A stretch of 49,836 nt of DNA from Klebsiella phage TSK1. Below the pieces are notes generated by a model, which did not search any database, was not told the origin of the DNA, and saw only the letters and a list, made by a program, of their open reading frames with translations. Within the stretch, counting starts at the first letter, position 1. Each line of letters starts with the position of its first letter. A program made the translations under genes and the position numbers. The stretch lies in sequence record MH688453.1. One strand, 5' to 3'. This document shows, one piece after another, positions 8,285 through 20,171 of this stretch.

Positions 8285-9595
8285 ATGAATAACATTAAGA
8301 TGGACGACTATAATCAAATCTTTAATGGTGGCGCTGGTTATGCGTCAACCCTCGCGTCTATCGCGGCGAGATTTGGAACAATGTCGCAGGTTGAAGAGTT
8401 CTATCATGAAAACGGCATGGCGAAGAAAATCGTTGACGTGATCCCGGAAGAGATGGTCGCTCCCGGCTTCCAGCTAAACGGCATTTCAGATAACACCAAG
8501 TTTCAATCGGAATGGGACGGGTTAAATCTGGAGCCGCAAATCACTGATGCTCTTTGCTGGGCGCGGCTGTATGGTGGCTCCTACGTCCTGGCGATGGTTA
8601 ACGATGGTCGCGCGTTGACTTCGGCAGCGAAGCGGGGTAAACCGCTCGAATCTATCGTTGTTTACGACCATGATTCCGTTTCCGTCGCAGAGGAGGAAAC
8701 CAGCCCACGAAGCCCACGATTCGGAAAGCCTAAAATGTACGAGGTGAAGCCGCTAAACGGCGGGCAACCGTTCAAGGTGCATTATACCCGTATGCACTAC
8801 ATCGACGGCGAGCGAGTAACCAATAAGGTGCGCCAGCTAAACAAGGGCGCTGGTGGTTCGGTGCTGAACAAGTCGATCATTGAAGCGATTCTTGACTACG
8901 ACTATTCGGAATATCTGGCAACGCAGCTACTGAAGCGCAAGCAGCAGGGCGTTTGGAAGGCGAAAGGCCTGGCACTAATCTGCGACGACAAGGAAGGCGA
9001 GTACGCCGCCCGGTTGCGCATGGCGCAGGTTGATGCTAATTCCGGCGTCGGAAACACGATCGGCATTGATGCGGACGACGAAGAGTACACCGTTATCAAC
9101 TCCGATATTTCAGGCATCCCGGAATTCCTTTCCGCGAAAATGGATCGGATTGTCGCCCTGTCAGGCATTCACGAGATCGTGCTAAAAAACAAAAACACTG
9201 GTGGCGTAAGTGCAAGCCAGAACACGGCGCTACAGACGTTCTATAAACTGGTTGACCGCAAGCGCAATGACGATTACAAGCCGCTGTTAGAATTCCTGTT
9301 ACAGTTCATCGTAACCGAGGAGGAATACAGCGTCGAGTTCGAACCGTTGTCGCTTCCTACCGATGCGGAGAAGGCGGATATCTTCCAGAAGAACGCCGAT
9401 GCAGCACGCGGCCTTGTTACTGACCAGGTTATTGACGCCAACGAAGCGCGTGATACCCTATCCGCACTAATTCCGGAACTGAAGCTAAAAGGCAACGCAC
9501 CGGAACAGAAAAAACTTCCGGATCGCGCCGCTGGTTCAGGAAGCACGCAAAGCGCAGAGATCTTAAACAACACGGAGGCGGATGATGAAAGTTAA
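8285..9595 (+). CDS. portal protein (DUF1073-like)
   Basis: Position after terL; YGGSYVLAMV, EYLATQLLKRKQQGVWKAKGL, SGIHEIVLKNKNTGGVSASQNTALQTFY. Confidence 0.85.
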   Translation: MNNIKMDDYNQIFNGGAGYASTLASIAARFGTMSQVEEFYHENGMAKKIVDVIPEEMVAPGFQLNGISDNTKFQSEWDGLNLEPQITDALCWARLYGGSYVLAMVNDGRALTSAAKRGKPLESIVVYDHDSVSVAEEETSPRSPRFGKPKMYEVKPLNGGQPFKVHYTRMHYIDGERVTNKVRQLNKGAGGSVLNKSIIEAILDYDYSEYLATQLLKRKQQGVWKAKGLALICDDKEGEYAARLRMAQVDANSGVGNTIGIDADDEEYTVINSDISGIPEFLSAKMDRIVALSGIHEIVLKNKNTGGVSASQNTALQTFYKLVDRKRNDDYKPLLEFLLQFIVTEEEYSVEFEPLSLPTDAEKADIFQKNADAARGLVTDQVIDANEARDTLSALIPELKLKGNAPEQKKLPDRAAGSGSTQSAEILNNTEADDES

Positions 9596-10352
9596 CGGCA
9601 GAATCCCAAACTGGCGTTATCCTGAAGCAAGCGAGCGGGATTTATCCCGCTCCATGCAGGACGCAACAACCGATCTCGTGGTAGAAATGCGCGGTCGCTT
9701 AGACCGCCTGAAGTTCGATGCCACGGCGGAGGAAATCAGCCAGGCGGAAGACGATATCAGCGAATCAGCCATTACGTTCTTTTCGGTCGTAATTGCGGCT
9801 CTTGCCTCCATTGGGTTGACTATCTATAGATTCAACTCGAAACAGTGGCTTGCAATTGCGATCGCGGCTGGCGGGCGGAACAACGAATCAGTTATGCGCC
9901 TTAAAGAATTCGGCGCTGGTGGGTATGAAGACTGGTATCAGGAATCGCTAAAAAAGTGGCAGGATTCCGCCGAAGCGTCGATCAGGAAACTAGCAAGCGA
10001 TATCGTTGCTGACTGGACGACGAAAGTTAGAACCGCCAACAACATTGGCAAATCTCGCAAGCAGATCGATGAAATAATCGAAGGCCGATACGCCATTTAT
10101 GGTAGTTGGTCGCGCAACCGGGCAAGCGGAATCATCGGAACTTTTAACAGTATGTTGATGATGCAGCGCCTAAAAGATGCTAAAGTATCGCATTACTTTT
10201 GGTTCGGGATGATGGACGACCGCGAGCGCGAGAGCCATATCAAGCTAGAAGGTAAGCGACGCCCCGTTAATGGTGACGGCATTTTCCCCGGTGAAGAGTA
10301 CGGTTGCCGTTGTTGGGCGGTTCCAGATTTTAACAATGTAGAGGTATCATGA
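9582..10352 (+). CDS. minor head protein (SPP1 gp7/MuF-like)
   Basis: Position after portal; C-terminal SHIKLEGKRRPVNGDGIFPGEEYGCRCWA. Confidence 0.8.
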   Translation: MMKVNGRIPNWRYPEASERDLSRSMQDATTDLVVEMRGRLDRLKFDATAEEISQAEDDISESAITFFSVVIAALASIGLTIYRFNSKQWLAIAIAAGGRNNESVMRLKEFGAGGYEDWYQESLKKWQDSAEASIRKLASDIVADWTTKVRTANNIGKSRKQIDEIIEGRYAIYGSWSRNRASGIIGTFNSMLMMQRLKDAKVSHYFWFGMMDDRERESHIKLEGKRRPVNGDGIFPGEEYGCRCWAVPDFNNVEVS

Positions 10353-11482
10353 TGAAAAGAGTTCAAAGGTTCGACACGGTAAAGATGAAGGCCCGATTCG
10401 ATGAGAACGGCTTTCTGGTTGATACTCCGATCGTGGCGCGTATCGGTGCGCAGACGTACCAGACGCCAACCGGGCCGCGCGTTGAGTTCCGCCCGCGTTC
10501 TGAGGTGTTTGACGCAGAATCGCTGGCTTCATACCAGGGCAAGCCGATCACTTTGGGTCATAAGATGGTGAACGCGCAGAACGCAAAAGGCTTGGTCGTT
10601 GGCTCGTGTTCCGGCGCTGGCAAAGAAGAGGGGATCGGCGTTCTTGTTCCGGTGATGATTTACGACGGAGAGTCAATCGAGCAAGCCAAAAAGCGCGTAG
10701 CGGCTGAGTTATCCGTGGGCTACACTTCGGTCGATATCGATCGCAAAGGTTGGGGCAATAACGCAACTGGCGAATATTATTTCGACGAAGACCTACCGGA
10801 AAACTTCGAAGAGATGAAAAACGATTCCGTCTCTGATTGGGTTCGCTTTGATGCGGTGCAAACGAAGATTCGCGTGAATCACGTCGCGCTTGTTTTCCGT
10901 GGTCGTGCCGGGATTGCGAAATTAAATCTTGATAGCGAACAAGAATTCCCCTATGATGACGACTCAAACCACAAAGGAGCTAAAACAATGATCATTAAAA
11001 TTGACGGCGTAGACGTTGAAGTGGCCGATAACGTAGGCGCTTACATTGCCAAACTAGACGCGCAAGTTACATCGGCAACCAGTCAGGTAACGAGCATCAC
11101 CGCAGAGCGTGACGCGCTTCAGGCCAAAGTTGATGGCATTGAAGATGAAGTTGCCGCCCGCGTTGCTAAAATCAAAGCCGACGAAGACGCAAAACAGAAA
11201 GTTATCGCGGTGGTTTCTGCCGCTGGCGTCAAGTGCGACGGCCTGGATGTTAAGGCGATGAAGGTTGCTTACATCAAAGAGGTAGACGGTCGTGATCTGT
11301 CTGACAAAGAAGATTCGTACATCGACGCTTCTTTTGACTTTATCGCCAACTCTGATAAGATGGCTGGCAATCGCTCCAAAGTCTTCGGCAAAAAAGAAGA
11401 TGGCGAGCAAAAAGACAAAGGCGGCTTACCGAAACTTGACGGCACCGAAATCATCGATCCGCAGGCAAAATTCCGCCGCTAA
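10349..11482 (+). CDS. DUF2213-like head maturation protease with C-terminal scaffold-like region
   Basis: Head-gene position; conserved GKPITLGH... and ELSVGYTS; coiled-coil-like C-terminal half. Confidence 0.7.
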   Translation: MMKRVQRFDTVKMKARFDENGFLVDTPIVARIGAQTYQTPTGPRVEFRPRSEVFDAESLASYQGKPITLGHKMVNAQNAKGLVVGSCSGAGKEEGIGVLVPVMIYDGESIEQAKKRVAAELSVGYTSVDIDRKGWGNNATGEYYFDEDLPENFEEMKNDSVSDWVRFDAVQTKIRVNHVALVFRGRAGIAKLNLDSEQEFPYDDDSNHKGAKTMIIKIDGVDVEVADNVGAYIAKLDAQVTSATSQVTSITAERDALQAKVDGIEDEVAARVAKIKADEDAKQKVIAVVSAAGVKCDGLDVKAMKVAYIKEVDGRDLSDKEDSYIDASFDFIANSDKMAGNRSKVFGKKEDGEQKDKGGLPKLDGTEIIDPQAKFRR

Positions 11483-11533
11483 TAATTTGCGGCCTTCGGG
11501 CCGCTACCAGACCAAATAAACAGGAGATTCAAA

Positions 11534-12052
11534 ATGGCACAGATTCCAGCTTCTTATTCCCGCAAGCGTGATATTGCAGTAGCGGGGCAGATCGCTGATA
11601 CGTCACTTTACAATATCGACGGCACTTGTGTTGCTGAAGGCGATATCAAAGCTGGCGTACTGGTGGCTTCCACTGGCGCAGTTTCCAATGGCCACAAGGT
11701 CGTTAAACCAGCAACCGCAGCGAGCGACGTCATTGTAGGCATCGCGCAATTCTCGCAAGCCTACTCGCCGGAAGGCCAGTATGATGACGAAAGCGCAGTT
11801 AACGTTATGACTCATGGCCGCATTTGGGCTGTCGCAGACGCCACTGTTACTGAAGAAGATTGCGTCTTTAATTCCTTCGTCACCTTTACCGCCAATGGCA
11901 CCGTAGCGAAGGGTGATGCCGGGGTTATCAAAACTGGCTACCGACACACTGGCGAATACACCAAAAACGCAGATGGCACTGTTCTGGTGAAAGTGCAGGT
12001 GCTTCAGGGCGCCATTGCTCCAGCGGCTGCAACTGGCGACGCTGGCGTATAA
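11534..12052 (+). CDS. head decoration / structural protein
   Basis: Position between scaffold/protease and major capsid genes; Ala/Gly/Thr-rich fold-like composition. Confidence 0.6.
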   Translation: MAQIPASYSRKRDIAVAGQIADTSLYNIDGTCVAEGDIKAGVLVASTGAVSNGHKVVKPATAASDVIVGIAQFSQAYSPEGQYDDESAVNVMTHGRIWAVADATVTEEDCVFNSFVTFTANGTVAKGDAGVIKTGYRHTGEYTKNADGTVLVKVQVLQGAIAPAAATGDAGV

Positions 12053-12057
12053 AATAA

Positions 12058-12078
12058 GGGGCTTCGGCCCCATTTTTG
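12058..12078 (+). terminator. terminator-like hairpin
   Basis: GGGGC-TTCG-GCCCC then ATTTTT. Confidence 0.6.
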
Positions 12079-12162
12079 CACCAGAAAAAAACCTTTGACG
12101 GCTCAACGATTCGTGATATTCTTCATCTCGTTAAGCCAAATACACAAACAGGAGTTTTTCAG

Positions 12163-13122
12163 ATGACTATGAAATTAGATGCATTCGAACAGAGTGCAAT
12201 TAAGGTCGCAATGCAGGGCATGGGCGTCGACGCCGCAAAACTGGATGCTTACGGTATCTGGACTGTTAAGCAGATGACTCAATTACTGAATCGCCAGTAT
12301 GAGCAGGCATACCCGCAGACCAGCGCACTTGAGCTTTTCCCGGTAACTACCGAGATCTCGCCAACCGCCCGCCGCTTTGAGTGGCTCGAATTCGATGGCG
12401 TAACTTCTGCGAAAATTATCGCCGATTACACCGACGATCTGCCGACCGTTGAAGCGATGGCGAAAGAGAAGTCAGGGAAAGTTTTCCGCCTGGGTAACGC
12501 GTGGTTTATTTCCATCGACGAAATTAAAACTGGCGCGGCGCTGGGTTCCAGCCTAAGCGATCGCAAGGCAACTCTGGCCCGCGAAGGTCATGAGACGCTC
12601 GTTAATGATCTGGTGTTCAAAGGCTCCGCTCCTCACGGCATCGTGAGCGTTTTCGACCATCCGAACATTAACCGCATGACCGCCAGCGCGGCTTGGGGCG
12701 ATGACTCAGCAGCGGCTGAAAAGGCATTCGAAGATCTGGAAGACCTGCTAAACATGATCGAAGAAACTACGCTGGGCCGCCATCACGCGACCAACATCGT
12801 GATTCCTCCGTCTAAGCGTCGTCTTCTGACGAAAAAGATGCCGGACACTAGCGGCGACTCTTATCTGACCTGGTTCACCAAGAACCACCCGAACATCACC
12901 ATTACGGCGATGGCGGAACTGGAAGATATTGACGGCGCAGGCACCAAAGGCGTGCTGGCATACGAAAAAGACCCAATGAACATGAGCATCGAGATCCCTG
13001 AGCGGTTCAACATGCTGCCGATGCAGCCGAAAGACCTGCATTTCAAAGTTCCTTGCACCTCCAAATGCACTGGTCTCATCGTGTACCGCCCGCTGACAAT
13101 TGCGATCCTTACTAGGATTTAA
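12163..13122 (+). CDS. major capsid protein (DUF2184-like)
   Basis: Position and size; DAFEQSAIKVAMQGMGVDAAKLDAYG. Confidence 0.85.
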   Translation: MTMKLDAFEQSAIKVAMQGMGVDAAKLDAYGIWTVKQMTQLLNRQYEQAYPQTSALELFPVTTEISPTARRFEWLEFDGVTSAKIIADYTDDLPTVEAMAKEKSGKVFRLGNAWFISIDEIKTGAALGSSLSDRKATLAREGHETLVNDLVFKGSAPHGIVSVFDHPNINRMTASAAWGDDSAAAEKAFEDLEDLLNMIEETTLGRHHATNIVIPPSKRRLLTKKMPDTSGDSYLTWFTKNHPNITITAMAELEDIDGAGTKGVLAYEKDPMNMSIEIPERFNMLPMQPKDLHFKVPCTSKCTGLIVYRPLTIAILTRI

Positions 13123-13124
13123 TC

Positions 13125-13151
13125 AAAAAGCGCCTTCGGGCGCTTTTTTAT
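13125..13151 (+). terminator. rho-independent terminator
   Basis: AAAAAGCGCC-TTCG-GGCGCTTTTTT. Confidence 0.85.
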
Positions 13152-13213
13152 TGCATTGCATTCTACAATGTGCTTTAATTTGAAACCTAAAGTAAACCAA
13201 TGGAGCATTAACA

Positions 13214-14463
<1,250 letters not shown>

Positions 14464-14471
<8 letters not shown>

Positions 14472-14901
14472 TTATACGATCCGGGAGTTCACAGGGGCTA
14501 TTGATGCATGGTGCAAGGCCGCTGGTGATGCGCTGGAGGACGTTGTAAGGTTTACGTGTGAAGATATTCACCGCGACCTTGTAATGCGTTCTCCGGTGGA
14601 TACAGGGCGCTTCCGTGGTAACTGGCAAATCACCTTTAACCGCGCCCCGCTTTACGCGATTAACGCATATGACCAAACTGGTGAAAAGACGATCCAGAAC
14701 GGTAAAGCCAACATTGCACTATACGCAAAAGGGGCTGGGATCACTTCGATCTGGTTCAGTAACATGCTAATCTATGCGAACGCGCTGGAATACGGACATT
14801 CAAGGCAGGCTCCCAATGGCGTTATGGGTGTTGTTGCGATCCGGTTGGGCGTTTATGTTACTGAGGCAATCAAGCGAGCGAGGGCGAAAAATGCATTATG
14901 A
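14464..14901 (+). CDS. HK97 gp10-like tail completion protein
   Basis: VMRSPVDTGRFRGNW typical of this family. Confidence 0.75.
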
Positions 14902-15322
14902 TATGGCGTTAAAATGCAAGGCGGCAGTGGCTAAATTTGCCGCCGAGAACGGGTTAAGGGTAGCGGGAGATAATGTTGACTTTAGACCCCCGGCGGGAGG
15001 TGAGACATACCTTAAAGTCTCCTACGTCGAGGCGTATTCAAGATCGGTTGACATATCAAGGAAATGCCGAGTCTACATGGGGATGGTTCAGATTGACGTT
15101 ATCTTTAAGCCGGGGAACGGAACCGACCATGCGAGGCTTATTGCGCAAAACGTTGCAAAATATTTTCCCGAAGGTGAAATAATTGATCCTATTAATAAAG
15201 TTTATGTGAGCGAGTGGGCTGAAGTACACGGCGTACATAAGCACGAGACGGGTTGGTTCTTCCCGGTTCGGTTCACAGTAAGATGTAACCGTGTGGAGGA
15301 GAACGGCTATCCATCAACATGA
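14891..15322 (+). CDS. tail terminator-like protein
   Basis: Position upstream of major tail gene; size 143 aa. Confidence 0.55.
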   Translation: MHYDMALKCKAAVAKFAAENGLRVAGDNVDFRPPAGGETYLKVSYVEAYSRSVDISRKCRVYMGMVQIDVIFKPGNGTDHARLIAQNVAKYFPEGEIIDPINKVYVSEWAEVHGVHKHETGWFFPVRFTVRCNRVEENGYPST

Positions 15323-15415
15323 CGGGTCTTGGAGGTGCTTATAATTTCTTGCCAGCATGGAAATATATAGGCATAATGGCGTTGTTAAACTTTCATCAAA
15401 ACAGGAGTATTCAAC

Positions 15416-16072
15416 ATGCATTTACCAAACGGTGCAAAAGTCTTCTTTGAGAAGGCGCGTGGTACGGAGATTCCGTTTACCGCAATGACCAACGACGCGA
15501 AAAACCCAAAAATCACGGTGGCGGACGGCAAGCTGAAGGTGAAGGATATTGTGATCTTCACCGATTGCACCTGGGGCGACTTCGTTAACAAGGTGGCTCG
15601 CGTAAAAGCAGTGACAGCAGGCGTGGCAACGCTGGAAGAGTTCGACACCTCCGACACGAACAAGTATCCCGGCGGCGCGGCCACTGGTAACGTTAGCGTG
15701 ATCACTGATTGGGTCGAATTGCCTTGCATTCAGGATTTAGGCAAAGACGGCAACGAACAGCAGTTCTATAACTATCAGTGCCTTGGCGATGAGCGCGAGC
15801 AATCCGAACCTACTTACAAGTCGGCGGTGACGCTTAACTACACGTTTGCGCACGATTACAGTAACGCGATCTACCCTGTGTTGCGTTCAGCCGACGCCAG
15901 CAAGCAGGCGAGAGCGATGTACATGTATATCCCGCGAGCTTCCGAGGTTCGTTACTGGTCTGGAATTGCATCTTTCGATGACATTCCTTCCACGGCTGTT
16001 AACGAGATGGAAACGGTAACGCTTAACATTGCGCTTAAAGGTGCTCACGTCTTCCTTCCGGTTGCCATGTAA
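15416..16072 (+). CDS. major tail protein
   Basis: Position upstream of tail chaperone pair; size 218 aa. Confidence 0.75.
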   Translation: MHLPNGAKVFFEKARGTEIPFTAMTNDAKNPKITVADGKLKVKDIVIFTDCTWGDFVNKVARVKAVTAGVATLEEFDTSDTNKYPGGAATGNVSVITDWVELPCIQDLGKDGNEQQFYNYQCLGDEREQSEPTYKSAVTLNYTFAHDYSNAIYPVLRSADASKQARAMYMYIPRASEVRYWSGIASFDDIPSTAVNEMETVTLNIALKGAHVFLPVAM

Positions 16073-16148
16073 TTAAATGGCGGGGCTTGTGCCTCGCCTT
16101 TTTTTGTGCATAATAGCGAATAACACAAACCAATCAGGAGTTAACAAG

Positions 16149-16475
16149 ATGGCTAAATTCAAAATTCAAATCGGCGGCAATCTCCCTTCTTTCAAGCTGC
16201 CTGTAACCTTCACTTGCCCCGACGGCAAAGAAGCTACCATCACCATGACCGTAAAACATCGCTCCACCGATGAGATGAAAGACTTCTATGAGAGCGAAGA
16301 CAAAGCGCCAAAGGGTAACGCCGAGTTTATCCGCTTTATGGCTGAAGGTTGGGATCTGGATGACGAATTCAGTGATGAAAATATTTCCTGGCTTTGCGCT
16401 CACTTCCCGGCGTTCGTCATGGCACTGCCACAAACTTACATGGCCGCGCTTGCGGGCCACCGTGCAAAAGTTTAA
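16149..16475 (+). CDS. tail assembly chaperone (G-like)
   Basis: ORF between major tail protein and tape measure genes. Confidence 0.7.
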   Translation: MAKFKIQIGGNLPSFKLPVTFTCPDGKEATITMTVKHRSTDEMKDFYESEDKAPKGNAEFIRFMAEGWDLDDEFSDENISWLCAHFPAFVMALPQTYMAALAGHRAKV

Positions 16476-16789
16476 GGCGGGCTGTTTATCTCACGCTTCA
16501 GCCTGAGCTAACCGATCGCCAGCTTGCGGAGTACGGGTTAAGGCGATCGGATTATGAAGCAGATCTTGAAACGATCTATTTTGATGAACAGACCGCCCAA
16601 AGCTGGCAGCTATTCCAGGCCATGCAAACGCAGTGGCGAATCGGGATGAATGGCCCGACGGGGCTTGACTATAACACGTTGCCTATGCTGTTCGAATTGT
16701 ATAAAATCGACAATCGAGAAGCGGCATTACTTGACTTGCAGATCCTGGAGGGTGAATACCTGAAGGAGATTTACAAGAAATCCAAATAA
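16149..16789 (+). CDS. tail assembly chaperone GT fusion via probable -1 frameshift
   Basis: Downstream frame is open into TLQPELTDRQLAEYGL...; -1 relation to the G-like frame near 16464-16473. Confidence 0.6.
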
Positions 16790-16810
16790 GCGCCTACGGG
16801 CGCTTTTTTC
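16788..16810 (+). terminator. rho-independent terminator-like hairpin
   Basis: AAGCGCC-TACG-GGCGCTTTTTT. Confidence 0.7.
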
Positions 16811-16825
16811 ATATGGGGGCTAAAC

Positions 16826-19792
16826 ATGGCTGATAAAGTAGCTGGGTTGACGTTTGGCGTTGACGTTTCGCAGGTTGACAAAGCGGTACGATCACTCGCA
16901 GAACTGAAAAACCAAAGCCAGCAAACGGGCGCTGGCCTACAGTCACTTGCGGACGCTGAAAGGCGGGCCACGGCGCAGACCGAGGAAATGAACCGCGCGT
17001 TGCGGCGGCAGAAGCAAGAGACAGACAAATCAAAAACCAGCTTTAGCAGGATCGCAAGCGCCATCGATCCCACGATCTCAAAAATGGCCAACTTGCGCAA
17101 AGCGACAGAAGAACTTGATAAAGCATGGGCTTTGGGGCTTGTTCCAGATAAGGAATTTTTCCGCCTGGGCGCTATCATCGAATCTACTACCAACCAACTC
17201 CGGCGGCAGCAGGCGGCGCTAACCGAAGAAGGTCGCGCAGCAATCGCAGAGGCGGAGGCAAAGCAGAAGGCGGCAAGCGCCGGGCGTGAGTTTATCGCCA
17301 GCCTGAAACAGCAGGCTGATTCCATCGGAAAAACACGCGCTGAACTGCTGGAGATGAAGGCGGCGCAATTGGGCGTGTCGACAGAAGCCGCGCCGTTCAT
17401 TAATGCCCTGAAGCAGCAGGAGCAGGCGTTAAAGAAACAGCAAAACGCGATGGGCCTCGCTGGCATTTCTGCCGGGCAATATAAAATGGCCATGCGCCAG
17501 TTACCGATGCAGATTACGGATATTGTAACGTCCCTTGCGTCCGGGATGCCAATCTGGTTGGTTGCTGTGCAGCAGGGCGGGCAAATCAAGGATAGCTTCG
17601 GCGGCCTGAGCAACACGTTTAAGGTATTGTTGAGCTACATCAACCCGCTAACGGTTGGCGCTGCGTCGCTTGGTATCGCCCTGACGGCAATCGCTAAAGC
17701 TGGTTATGACTCCTGGAGTGCGCAACGAGAACTGGCGAATGCGCTGGTGCTGACTGGTGGCTATGCTGCGACCACCACCGGGCAGATCACAGCCTTAACC
17801 GAAGAGATTAACAAAAACTCATCGGCCACGATTGGCAGCATTCAGGAAATCGCAACATCGATCGCCAGTTCTGGTAAGTACACCATTAACCAGATTAAGC
17901 AGATCACGAAGACTACGGCGGAATGGTCGGCGCAGACGGGTGAGAGTGAGAAGACGATCACGGGGTATTTTGATTCGATCGTAAAAGACCCTGTTAAGGG
18001 GCTTGCCGATCTCAATGAGCGTTTTAATTTTCTGAAAGAGGGCCAGCTAACCTACATCGAATCTTTGCGTAAAACCAAAGGCGAGACGGCAGCAGTAGAT
18101 GCCGCGACAAAACTGTTTGCTGATACTATGGATAAGCGCCTTAAAGATATCGCGGACAGCGCAACGCCGCTCGAAACGATGTGGATGGATATTAAAAAAT
18201 GGGCGGCTGACTCGTGGAAATGGGTAGGCGATCACACGGTAGGGGCGCTAAACCTTATCGTTGACACGGTTTCCGCAATCATCAACACGATCAGGAAGCT
18301 GATTGCCGACGGCGACGCCATGATTGCGCAGTTCATCGTTGACGCTGGCCGACAGCTACAGAAAATTCCCGGCATGGGAGACTTCGGGAATGACTTTCTG
18401 GCGCAGCAGGAACAGTTAATCAAGGATTCGAAAGCCAAATCCGCAGAGCTTGCAAAAACCATCGCGGAGCAGCAAGCAAGGATCGCTAAAGGAGAGATGG
18501 GGTACATTGACGCCGCGAAGGATAAAACCCTTTCCGGTGGGTACAGCAGCAAAACGAAGGAACGCGTAAATCAGGAAGAAAAAGATATCCTGAAAAACCG
18601 CAACGCCAGGAAGCAGCAGGTAGACGCGGGCGTAAAAATTGATGAGCAGTACCAGGCTGAACTGCTATCGCTCCAGGCGCAGTTAAAGGTTTTGCAGCAG
18701 CACAAGGGGCTTGACGACAAGATCAGCCAGCAGAGAAAGGACTACTTCGAGACGGTTGCTAAATTCCAGGTTTTGGAAGAGGCAAGCCAGAAGCGAAAAC
18801 TGACCCAAAGCGAACAGCAGATGCTGGCGAACAAAAAGAATATCCTGTACATGGCGGAACAAAAGGCCATCGTGGGAGATCAGATTGTTCAGCAGCAGCG
18901 ACTGAACGCCTTGCTTGACAAGTCTACCAAGTATCAAAACCAGATGGCGGAGAAAACCAAAGCGCTACAGGATACCGCCGGAATGGGTAGCAAGGAGCAG
19001 GAGAGATACCGGGCCAATGCGCAGATGGCGGCTGACTGGAAAAACAACGGCGGATCTTTAAGTGACCCTGGATTTAAAGCGATGCAGGCCGCAAGCGATA
19101 AATTCTACGCACAGCAAGATGCGCAAATGCTGAACTGGAAGGCCGGGTTTACTCATGCGTGGGCTGATATTGGCAACGAAGTTAATGACGTATACACCAA
19201 CATCGGGGATATCACTAAAAACGCATTTAACGGCATGGCGAGCGTGCTGACTGATTTTGTTATGACTGGTAAGGCCAGCTTTAGCGACTTCGCAAGAAGC
19301 GTTATCAGTGACATTACCAACATGCTTATCAAGATGGCGCTGTTTAACTCGCTTTCTGCCGCGTTTGGTGGTGGCGGTACGTTCAGCTTCGCCAACATGT
19401 TCAGTAAGGGATTTTCTGGAGGCGGTTACACTGGCGACGGCGGGAAGTATGAGCCAAAAGGCGTTGTTCACGGCGGGGAATTCGTATTCACCAAAGAGGC
19501 GACGCAAAGGTTAGGCCCGGAAAACCTGTACCGACTCATGCGCGGCTATGCAAGTGGCGGCCTGGTTGGCGGTAACGCAAGTTCAGGATCTGGAATCACC
19601 AACGGCGGCAATGTTGCGGCGTCGGCTGCGATGGTGTTCACTATCGGTGACATTAACATTACGATGGGTTCCGGTCAGGATAGCAAGGGTTTAGAGCAAG
19701 GCGTAAGGCAGATCGTGAACGATATGTTCACCGAGGCTTTGAGCCAAAACGGGCGCATTGCGAAGTTCGTCAATGAGAAAACGAGGAGGTAG
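16826..19792 (+). CDS. tape measure protein
   Basis: 988 aa, coiled-coil and membrane-like regions, lambda-type C-terminus SFSDFARSVISDITNMLIKMALFNSLSAAFGG. Confidence 0.92.
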   Translation: MADKVAGLTFGVDVSQVDKAVRSLAELKNQSQQTGAGLQSLADAERRATAQTEEMNRALRRQKQETDKSKTSFSRIASAIDPTISKMANLRKATEELDKAWALGLVPDKEFFRLGAIIESTTNQLRRQQAALTEEGRAAIAEAEAKQKAASAGREFIASLKQQADSIGKTRAELLEMKAAQLGVSTEAAPFINALKQQEQALKKQQNAMGLAGISAGQYKMAMRQLPMQITDIVTSLASGMPIWLVAVQQGGQIKDSFGGLSNTFKVLLSYINPLTVGAASLGIALTAIAKAGYDSWSAQRELANALVLTGGYAATTTGQITALTEEINKNSSATIGSIQEIATSIASSGKYTINQIKQITKTTAEWSAQTGESEKTITGYFDSIVKDPVKGLADLNERFNFLKEGQLTYIESLRKTKGETAAVDAATKLFADTMDKRLKDIADSATPLETMWMDIKKWAADSWKWVGDHTVGALNLIVDTVSAIINTIRKLIADGDAMIAQFIVDAGRQLQKIPGMGDFGNDFLAQQEQLIKDSKAKSAELAKTIAEQQARIAKGEMGYIDAAKDKTLSGGYSSKTKERVNQEEKDILKNRNARKQQVDAGVKIDEQYQAELLSLQAQLKVLQQHKGLDDKISQQRKDYFETVAKFQVLEEASQKRKLTQSEQQMLANKKNILYMAEQKAIVGDQIVQQQRLNALLDKSTKYQNQMAEKTKALQDTAGMGSKEQERYRANAQMAADWKNNGGSLSDPGFKAMQAASDKFYAQQDAQMLNWKAGFTHAWADIGNEVNDVYTNIGDITKNAFNGMASVLTDFVMTGKASFSDFARSVISDITNMLIKMALFNSLSAAFGGGGTFSFANMFSKGFSGGGYTGDGGKYEPKGVVHGGEFVFTKEATQRLGPENLYRLMRGYASGGLVGGNASSGSGITNGGNVAASAAMVFTIGDINITMGSGQDSKGLEQGVRQIVNDMFTEALSQNGRIAKFVNEKTRR

Positions 19793-19794
19793 TA

Positions 19795-20139
19795 GTGGAT
19801 TCCTTTAAATGGTGTACACAAATTCAAGGAGGGGCGGCAAAGGTCGCCATCTCCAACAACATTCGATCGATTGTTTTCGGAAACGGCTACATCCAAACGG
19901 CATCGAGCGGAATTAACACGAAGCGCAGGACGGTTCCGATCGTTTATGGCGGTTCAGATTGGGAGGAGGTTTATAACTTCTGTCAGGATCACGTAACAAA
20001 GCCTTTTGTGTGGAAGGCACCGGATGGAAGAATGGGCGTATTCGTCGTAACTGCCGACTCCGTTAACCTTGCGCCGCAGGGTGGCGGGGTGTTTGAGGTA
20101 ACGGCTGAATTCGCCGAACGCTTCACTTCAGCCGGATAA
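19795..20139 (+). CDS. minor tail protein M-like
   Basis: Position after tape measure; GTG start. Confidence 0.7.
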   Translation: MDSFKWCTQIQGGAAKVAISNNIRSIVFGNGYIQTASSGINTKRRTVPIVYGGSDWEEVYNFCQDHVTKPFVWKAPDGRMGVFVVTADSVNLAPQGGGVFEVTAEFAERFTSAG

Positions 20140-20141
20140 TC

Positions 20142-20171
20142 AAAAAGCGCCCTTTACGGGTGCTTTTTTTT
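20142..20171 (+). terminator. terminator-like hairpin
   Basis: AAAAAGCGCCC-TTTAC-GGGTGCTTTTTTTT. Confidence 0.65.

Noticed and set aside
11485-11500. GCGGCC-TTCG-GGCCGC hairpin as a terminator
   Set aside because: Strong stem but no following T run; may be a processing or stability element.
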